Shown here: in pieces, positions 57,871 to 64,000 of the stretch
Position numbering within the stretch: the stretch's first letter is position 1
Layout: each line of letters opens with the position of its first letter
NCBI RefSeq assembly: GCF_006345805.1
Contig: NC_043007.1
Coordinates: 20,336,001 to 20,400,000, forward strand
Length of the DNA stretch: 64,000 nucleotides
DNA from: Octopus sinensis
Taxonomy: Eukaryota
Direction: 5' to 3'
Notes under the pieces: model-generated
What the model was told of the DNA's origin: nothing
The model's database searches: none
Seen by the model: only the letters and a program-made list of their open reading frames with translations
Made by a program: the position numbers and the translations under genes

Positions 57871-59895
57871 GTATACGATGGGCTTCTTTCAGTTTCCGTC
57901 TACCAAATCCATTCACATGACTTTGGTCGACCCGAGGCTATAGTAGAAGACACTTGCTCTAGGTGCCACACAGTGGGACTGAACCCGGAACCATGTGGTT
58001 GGTAAGCAAGCTACTTACCACACAGCCACTCCTATTTGTTTGTTTGTGTCTTTTTTTTTTTTATTACAGTTTTACATATTCTTCCTTTCAGTACATAGTA
58101 CATTAGAAAACTTTTGTAAAGATTGGTTTTGATGGGATTTGGCTTTTAGGAAAATTATTCTTTCATTTTTCTATCTATAAATATTTGGAAAATTTCCTTT
58201 CATTTCTTTCAGAGAAATATTTGAAAAGTATTCCAAAGTCACCTGTACGAGAATTATTGGAACTGGAACCAGAAACTGCTAAATTTGAGTGAGTATTACT
58301 ATGGATAATATTGGATTTCTGAATCACAAAACTTCACTTGGTCAGAATATTTTGTTATTAAAAATATGGTAGAATTAACATATTAAATGCAAGGAGCACC
58401 GAAAACCTAAGATTTTAATTTTGTTACTAATATATTACTGTATAAAGGCAGTGAGCTGGCAGAAACGTTCTGAGTTCAAATTCCTTAATAAGAATAATCT
58501 ATTTCCTTACACCAACCCTAACATGTCAATCTAGAAATGTACTGGCTTCTGTGCAGGTGGCACATAAAAAGCACCCTTTGAGCGTGGCCGTTGCCAGTAC
58601 CGCCTGACTGGCCCTCGTGCCAGTGGCACATAAAAGCACCCACTACACTCCCGGAGTGGTTTGCATTAGGAAGGGCATCCAGCTGTAGAAACTCTGCCAG
58701 ATCAGATTGGAGCCTGGTGCAGCCATCGGGTTCGCCAGCCCTCAGTCAAAATCATCCAACCCATGCTAGCATGGAAAGCAGACGTTAAACGACGATTATT
58801 ATTTTTATTATTATTATTATTTTTATTATTACCAGTGGTACTGCCATATTTTGGAAGTGTTGTATTAACATCTATAAATGCACTCACCTGTTGTTTGTAT
58901 GTTGATTGTAGTAATCTTTTATCGTTTACTTATTTCAGTCATTAGACTGTGGCCATGCTGGGGCACCATCTTCAAGAAATTGAGTCAAATGAATCGAGCC
59001 CTGTACTCTTTTTTTGTTGTTTATAGCCTGGTACTTAGTCTATCAGTCTCTTTTACTGAGCCTCTAAGTTACAGGGATGTAAACACACCAACACCAGTTG
59101 TCAAGTGTGGCATTTTGGGCACATGCACATATATAAGCACCCACTACACTCACGGAGTGGTTGGCATTAGGAAAGGCATCCAGCTGTAGAAACACTGCCA
59201 GATCAGACTGGAGCTTGGTGCAGCCTCCTGGCTTCCCAGACCTTGGTCGAACCGTCCAACCCATGCTAGCATGGAAAACAGACGTTAAACGACGATGTTG
59301 TTGTTGTAGTGGTGGTGGTGGTGGTGGTGGTGGTGATGTTTGTATTTGTCCTCCATCCCTGCTTGACCACCAGTGTTGGTTTGTTTACGTCCCCATTTCT
59401 TAGCGGTTCAGCAAAAGAGACTGATAGAGTAAGTACCAAGCTTAAAAAAAGTAAGTACTTGCGTCGATTCCTTTGACTACAATTCTTCAAGGCAGTGCCC
59501 CAGCATGGCCGCAGACAATTGACTGAAACAAGTAAGATAAAAGATACATTGGTGTTTAATCTACAATCATTATTTCAGACTCCTAATAATGGGAAATATT
59601 CTGTTGTGTCTGGGGAGAGTCATTTTCCTTTTGTGCCTTATAATGTAACACACTCACCGGTAAAATTTCCACTTTTTTCTTATTTTTATTTTCCTTCAGA
59701 AAACCAGAGAGGACGGTAAATGGTAAAATCCGAGTTACAGTCAAAGTTGCTGGTAAAGGTGTTTATAATGGTGTCGGACGGAATTATCGCATTGCAAAGA
59801 GTGCTGCTGCCAAAAAAGCTTTGAGAATCCTTAAAACTATGCAGTCTCAGGGCTTCATTGCTCAACTGTCAAATGAAAAGATGATGCAAGGATAA
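27427..59895 (+). CDS. DICER1: Dicer-1 endoribonuclease, full gene, 17 coding exons, 7248 nt, 2415 aa (helicase, DUF283, platform/PAZ, RNase IIIa, RNase IIIb, dsRBD)
   Basis: join(27427..27522,29515..29683,30883..31136,32031..33179,34721..34822,35736..35926,36733..36874,37691..37766,38508..38695,41635..41814,43919..44132,45595..49169,51384..51598,54909..55164,56768..56936,58213..58288,59700..59895). All junctions GT-AG with consistent phases. RNase IIIa [12 protein letters not shown]...ADCVEALIG and RNase IIIb [11 protein letters not shown]...[10 protein letters not shown] are intact. Confidence 0.96.
27565..28163 (-). mobile_element. Family A SINE trimer with 14-bp TSD
   Basis: TTGTTTGCTAATAT at 27551-27564 and 28164-28177. 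Confidence 0.9.
28404..28606. mobile_element. Palindromic MITE in Dicer intron 1
   Basis: ~93-bp imperfect arms around the loop AATCCTGTGCTGCAGC. Confidence 0.75.
29515..29683 (+). CDS. DICER1: Dicer coding exon 2 (helicase motif I)
   Basis: [32 protein letters not shown]; donor G|gtgagt. Confidence 0.95.
30210..30821 (+). mobile_element. CR1/L2-group LINE 3' fragment with (TGAAA)n tail
   Basis: DYYSQLWSP...[12 protein letters not shown]...[21 protein letters not shown]...GPQLFNILP...[14 protein letters not shown]...AAASNSL. Confidence 0.85.
30883..31136 (+). CDS. DICER1: Dicer coding exon 3 (helicase motif II)
   Basis: ...[15 protein letters not shown]...[11 protein letters not shown]...HKE|gtgagt. 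Confidence 0.93.
31750..31965 (-). mobile_element. Mariner-derived internally deleted element
   Basis: Minus strand encodes [12 protein letters not shown] (mariner transposase C-terminus) with TA.GAGGG..CTGAAAAGTTCC-type ends. Second copy at 37224..37450. Confidence 0.7.
32031..33179 (+). CDS. DICER1: Dicer coding exon 4 (HEL1 end, HEL2i, HEL2)
   Basis: [11 protein letters not shown]...LGPWCA...LCGLIFVD...[33 protein letters not shown]|gtaacg. Confidence 0.95.
34191..34612 (-). mobile_element. Full-length tRNA-derived SINE, family B, with (TAAAAGAG)n tail
   Basis: Head GCAGGAGTGGCTGTGTGGTAAG, B box GGGTTCAGTCAC, CTTGGGCAAGT core-like motif, tail GGTGCTCCAGCATGGCCGCAGTCAAATGACTGAAAC. Full copies also at 39630..40005(-), 40194..40610 and 50219..50624. 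Confidence 0.88.
34721..34822 (+). CDS. DICER1: Dicer coding exon 5
   Basis: cacag|[34 protein letters not shown]|gtaaat. Confidence 0.92.
35736..35926 (+). CDS. DICER1: Dicer coding exon 6
   Basis: [16 protein letters not shown]...poly-Asn...[11 protein letters not shown](R)|gtcagt. Confidence 0.92.
36733..36874 (+). CDS. DICER1: Dicer coding exon 7 (DUF283)
   Basis: [18 protein letters not shown]...[16 protein letters not shown]|gtatgt. Confidence 0.95.
37691..37766 (+). CDS. DICER1: Dicer coding exon 8 (DUF283)
   Basis: [26 protein letters not shown]|gtaaac. Confidence 0.93.
38067..38411 (+). mobile_element. HERO-like RLE endonuclease domain fragment
   Basis: [38 protein letters not shown]...C...[12 protein letters not shown], the restriction-like endonuclease signature. 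Confidence 0.8.
38508..38695 (+). CDS. DICER1: Dicer coding exon 9
   Basis: [13 protein letters not shown]...[14 protein letters not shown]|gtactt. Confidence 0.94.
39630..40610. mobile_element. Inverted pair of family B SINEs around a piggyBac-MITE remnant
   Basis: 39630..40005 (-) and 40194..40610 (+). Confidence 0.88.
41635..41814 (+). CDS. DICER1: Dicer coding exon 10 (platform)
   Basis: ...[36 protein letters not shown]|gtaaat. Confidence 0.94.
43919..44132 (+). CDS. DICER1: Dicer coding exon 11 (platform)
   Basis: [17 protein letters not shown]...[14 protein letters not shown]...YLIVPLIE|gtttgt. Confidence 0.94.
44336..44652 (+). mobile_element. tRNA-derived SINE, family D
   Basis: GTGGAGGCGCAATGGCCCAGTGGTTAGG (A box), GGTTTCGGTTCCC (B box), (CACGGTGAT)2 tail. 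Confidence 0.75.
45595..49169 (+). CDS. DICER1: Dicer coding exon 12 (PAZ, connector helix, long low-complexity insert, RNase IIIa); 3575 nt
   Basis: [10 protein letters not shown]...FYVAEI...[10 protein letters not shown]...LNLLTPRY...LIPELC...[16 protein letters not shown]...[12 protein letters not shown]...[12 protein letters not shown]...[13 protein letters not shown]; donor GAA|gtatgt. Confidence 0.96.
49227..49645 (+). mobile_element. Family A SINE dimer just downstream of Dicer exon 12
   Basis: Head AGGTGGCGAGCTGACAGAATCG; the second unit starts at the recurrent junction ~49457. Confidence 0.85.
50822..51214 (-). mobile_element. Non-autonomous Helitron
   Basis: Minus strand reads A|TCTCTCTATATATAAAG...CCCGAGCAACGCCGGG hairpin...TTAG|T. 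No TSD; A-T target. Confidence 0.75.
51384..51598 (+). CDS. DICER1: Dicer coding exon 13 (start of RNase IIIb)
   Basis: ...[38 protein letters not shown](R)|gtatgt. Confidence 0.95.
52023..52492 (+). mobile_element. Foldback composite: head-to-head tRNA-like SINE heads plus a Penelope-type tail with a minimal hammerhead-like motif
   Basis: A box 52220-52230, B box 52263-52274, CTGATGA 52409-52415, GAAA 52437-52440; inverted arm 52023..52210. Confidence 0.7.
54415..54756 (+). mobile_element. Non-autonomous Helitron-like element, 3' truncated within its terminal hairpin
   Basis: 5' TCTCTATATATAAAC; body shared with 5985..6192. Confidence 0.7.
54909..55164 (+). CDS. DICER1: Dicer coding exon 14 (RNase IIIb)
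   Basis: [21 protein letters not shown]...[19 protein letters not shown]...|gtaagt. Confidence 0.96.
55258..55665 (-). mobile_element. Family A SINE dimer with 19-bp TSD
   Basis: CAAAATTTTGTGGGTTTCT at 55239-55257 and CAAAATTTTATGGGTTTCT at 55666-55684. Confidence 0.88.
56768..56936 (+). CDS. DICER1: Dicer coding exon 15 (RNase IIIb)
   Basis: ...[40 protein letters not shown]|gtaaga. Confidence 0.95.
58213..58288 (+). CDS. DICER1: Dicer coding exon 16 (dsRBD start)
   Basis: [25 protein letters not shown](E)|gtgagt. Confidence 0.94.
59700..59895 (+). CDS. DICER1: Dicer coding exon 17 (dsRBD, terminal)
   Basis: [44 protein letters not shown]...QG* with TAA at 59893-59895. Confidence 0.95.
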
Positions 59896-60683
59896 CCTGG
59901 ATAGATTGCTAATCAAGGTACATCTGTGATTCCATAATCAGCCATGCGTATCACGGCATGGCTGCAGATCATTGTTTCAACTACTTGGCACCGAGTGTAT
60001 GTGTATATATTTGCTTAATTTGTGTGTGTGGTGGAGAGTTTGGGTGCATGAGAGAGAGAGAGAGAGAGAGAAACAAAGTTTAATTTGTATGTAAGAAGTA
60101 ATCAAGGTTTAATGTCAGATAATGAGTAGTAAGTGTGTTTATGATATAATAATTATTTTTAATTTATGAGTGAATCTTTGCATTTTTCTGGTTAATGACA
60201 TGGGATGTTGGTAATGATCACGCTCGAATGGTGCCCTTTTATGTGCCACAGATACTGGCCTTCGTGCCGGTGGCATGTAAAAGGCACCATTCGAGCGTGA
60301 TCGTTACCAACGTCGCTTCACTGGCACCTGTGCCGGTGGCACGTGTAAAAAGATTCAAGTGAAGTCATTGCCAGTACCACCTGACTGCCCCCCCCCCCCG
60401 TGCCGGTGGCACGTAAAAAGCACCCATTACACTCTCAGAGTGGTTGGCGTTAGGAAGGGCATCCAGCTGTAGAAACTCTGCCACATCACGATTGGAGCCT
60501 GGTTCGCCAGCCCTCAGTCAAAATCGTCCAACCCATGCTAGCATGGAAAGCGGACTTTAAATGATGATGATGATGATAGTCTTCAAATTTAAAATAGAGC
60601 TTTAATTCCAAAGAGAAAGATCTGGGATGGCTTTTAGCCTTTAAAATCATTAAGGCATTGCTAATTTGTATTTTGAGTTTCTA

Positions 60684-60718
<35 letters not shown>

Positions 60719-61662
60719 GTTGCCAGACTTGTGTAAAGAATTTGAAAAAAACGTTAAGTGTTTATATTGTGATTCAAAAATGATGTTTTAATTTTAATTT
60801 TTTTTTTTTTTTCAAACACTTTGATTGCAAGACATAAATTGTAAACGTCCTTATTTACTAACTGAATTCCAGAATCAGTGAAATGGCTCATCCATAATTG
60901 TTAATTACACATTTCATATCTTCATTCTGGTTTTTTCATATTCCACTGTTCATCATTCTATCTAGATTTCTTTTGACACAAATTTGGAACTTCACTAACA
61001 TTCAAAACAAACTTCTCATGCCCATTGTCTGCATACATTTATACTCAACCTTCAAAATGTGGTGTAAAAAAAAGTGAATAGCAAGCTGAAATTATTTCCC
61101 TCTCTTCCTGTCTCTCTTCTCTATTCTTCCTCTCAAATATAACTATTTATTCTTTGTTAAACATTACAAGAAATCATACACACTTAGTCCCAATCTAATT
61201 TTATGTAACACTAAATAATGATAAAAGAAATAATACCAGATCAATTCCTGAGCAATCAGTGTATACACTAAATAACCCTCTACTGCATACCCCCATTGCT
61301 CAACAACATTTGCAACTGTTATATCCATCAGAGGTTATAACGGCATCTTCTAGTGTTACTTCCTCCAGAAACAGCATCCTGTGTGTGAAGTACAGAAGCA
61401 TTCTCTCTGTATTGGCTGTGAAGTTTCATCATGAGTATTTTGACAAATTGTTCTTATTTTTTCAAAATTTTATCTAAAACTAAATCAATATTTAAATTAA
61501 TCCCATGGGAAGTATTAAATAATTATCACTATTATTATATTGTTTAGCTTCTGTTAAGAGTTTTTGAAATTGCAGATTTCATTTTTAACGAAATACGTAA
61601 TTAATGTATGAAGGGAAGATTAAAATTATCAATAAAATGTGGTTTGTAAGAAGTTGATTATA

Positions 61663-62101
61663 CAGGGGTGGGCAAAAGTAAGTATACAGTTTCTTAAAAT
61701 ATGAGTGGAATGTTCTCTTCCTTTCCTATTTCTGTTTTGCCTCAGCAATCCATAAGTCAACTAAGGGATCTGTGGGAAATGTCTAGTTCATTGGAAGCCC
61801 ACTTTTTTGATTTCCAGGGACTTTAACCCTTTAGTGTTCAGATTATTCTATCAAACATAATGCCTATTGATTCCCATTGATTTGAATTAATCATGCATTG
61901 TCTCATATCTTCAAGATATCTTGATGGTGTAATTACTTAATGTAGAATAACATTGTAGGGTAGGTGTGAGAGCCTGGATCTGGTCAGTTTGAACATAAAA
62001 CAGATTAACTATTTTGGCCGGATATGGCCGGTTTAAATACTAAAGGGTCAAGTGAATGCTTGAGTCACAAGCAACTGTATACCTACTTTTGTCTAGCTCT
62101 G
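61663..62101. mobile_element. Tc1-like MITE with a nested piggyBac MITE (61827..62047)
   Basis: TA|CAGGGGTGGGCAAAAGTAAGTATACAGTT ... AACTGTATACCTACTTTTGTCTAGCTCTG. Confidence 0.65.
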
Positions 62102-64000
62102 TTATTATTTCAATGAAATTACAATAACTTATGATTTTACATCTTTACGATATTCTTTGCTGATTTTGTAGTTCTGATTTCTTTGTTTTAGTTCCTATAG
62201 ACTCGTTAATTTTTCATAGTCTCTGTTAATTTATATCCTTCTATTCAAACACATATTTAGTCTACCACTGTCACATGCATTTCCTTCTTTTATTTCTATC
62301 ATATCTTCCCTTTATTCCATTATTGTTATTTTATTCTTCTTCTCCCTGTTATTTTATTTCCATCCCCTGTAAGTGTTGTGTATGGACTTTGAATTGGTTA
62401 AAAAAAAAAATCTCGCTATAGCCATTATCAACTGTCTGCTGCTCAAACGAAAACCTGCTGTATCCTATAATTTATATTTTTTTATTAACCTGAAAATATG
62501 TCGTAAACCAAGTACTTCCGAGTTTCGTGTGATATTGTTTTGTGTAGTTTCACTGAATCCTTTTATTTCATCCATATCTCCTAATTTAGGAAGCTATCCC
62601 TTTGAAAGAAATAGCTGTTACCGATTCTTTTCCTGACAGCTTATGTCAGTCCATTATCTCTATTTGTCTGCAGATTTATAAAATGTTAAACGATGTTGTC
62701 TTGGTAAATTCTGTGATGTTTCTGGATGTTGTACCAGATTTCCTCAAATCTAATAACCATTTTTCATTTTCCAGTGGTATGATGTAATATTGTTGGATAC
62801 CTACAAATAAAAGTTAATTTTCTTTTTCTGTTCAGAATTTTATCTCTAAAAATCTTCCAACAAAGAGAAAAAAGTAAATAAAATATGAAAGTTATTTCTT
62901 CTTTTCTTTTCATTTTTGGTGTAATTGTGAATATATTTATGAATTCCTTTTTTTTTTTTTTTTTTTTTTTTTCCTGATCCATTTTTAATATTTGTTTGTT
63001 CCAAAGCTCAAAATTGAGTACTGATATTTTACGAAAAAGTATAATTTTAAAATAACTGTTTGTTGAATTTTACTTATTTTGTTCATTTCAAGTTGTTGTT
63101 GTTTCTTTTATTTGCTGAACCAATATTCCAAAATAATTGCACTCCAAATCTTTTATTTGCTTCCTTATTTTTGTATTTCTTCAAATATATTTTTAAAATC
63201 AAAATACCATTACTATTGCTGGTATGACCTTCAAAACAATATTTTCTACACATTGTTCTCTTCCAAAATGTATTTACGAAATATTTCTTTCATCTACTCC
63301 AAGATTATTCTTCTGCTAGTTTTATGGACACCATCTTTTTTTCTTAGTTGATTTATTTTAGTGAACTTCAGAGTTGTTAGTCAATGTGAGAAAAACTCAT
63401 TTTAGTTTTAAAATATTTTAACTAAATTTCTAATAACTTGCATTGAAGCTTCCAACAGAATATTGCTTTTATGATAAGCATTTTTTTTTTAATGTGTGGA
63501 GGTAGTTAAGAGAGACTTTAACCCTTTCATTACTGTATTTCTGTTGAGATGCTCTGTGTTTCTTTCAATTACTTTAAATATAACAAAGAATTTAGTAAAA
63601 TAACTTAGTTATCATTAAGCTGGTGTTAGGAACATAAACTGTGACTAAGGTTTGGTGGAAGATTTTAATTCAAAACTTTTGGAAACAAGACATTTGTACT
63701 ACAGAACCAGAACTGGTTTCAGCCATTTGAGATGCTCTGTGTTTCTTTCAATTACTTTAAATATAATAAAGAATTTAGTAAAATAACTTAGTTATCATTC
63801 AGCTAGTGTCAGGAACATAAATTGTGACTAAGGTTTGGTGGAAGATTTTAATTCAGAACTTATGAAAACAAGACATTTGTACTCAGAGCCAGAGCCGGTT
63901 TCAGCCGGGTTGGTAATGAAAGGGTTAAGCCAGTCTCATATAGTTCTATATCATGTTTTGTACAATCCACTATATGAGGAAAGGAGGAAAAGGTTATATA

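Overview
AT-rich, intron-rich animal genomic DNA. The SINE, LINE and MITE repertoire and the microsatellites suggest an octopus or other coleoid cephalopod; this is inferred from pattern recognition only. Three spliced genes were reconstructed by hand with GT-AG junctions and consistent reading frames. (1) The last two exons of a fibrinogen-domain (FReD) gene on + (315..503, 6245..6723). (2) A complete 6-exon ALKBH6 on - (21817 to 12653, 231 aa). (3) A complete Dicer-1 with 17 coding exons on + (27427..59895, 2415 aa), head-to-head with ALKBH6. The rest is mainly tRNA-derived SINEs (several families, often multimeric or inverted), CR1/L2-group and HERO-like LINE 3' ends, Helitron remnants, piggyBac/Tc1-mariner/Merlin-like MITEs, Penelope-type hammerhead-like elements and long microsatellites. 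Main leads: Dicer helicase motifs I, II, III, V and VI all deviate from consensus while both RNase III sites are intact; a tRNA-headed, hammerhead-tailed foldback element sits in Dicer intron 13; a variant hammerhead-like family; a SINE/LINE pair sharing a covarying 3' stem-loop; a ~710-aa low-complexity insert in Dicer; and a duplication from Dicer intron 14 to intron 6. No prokaryotic features, CRISPR arrays, rRNA or true tRNA genes were found.
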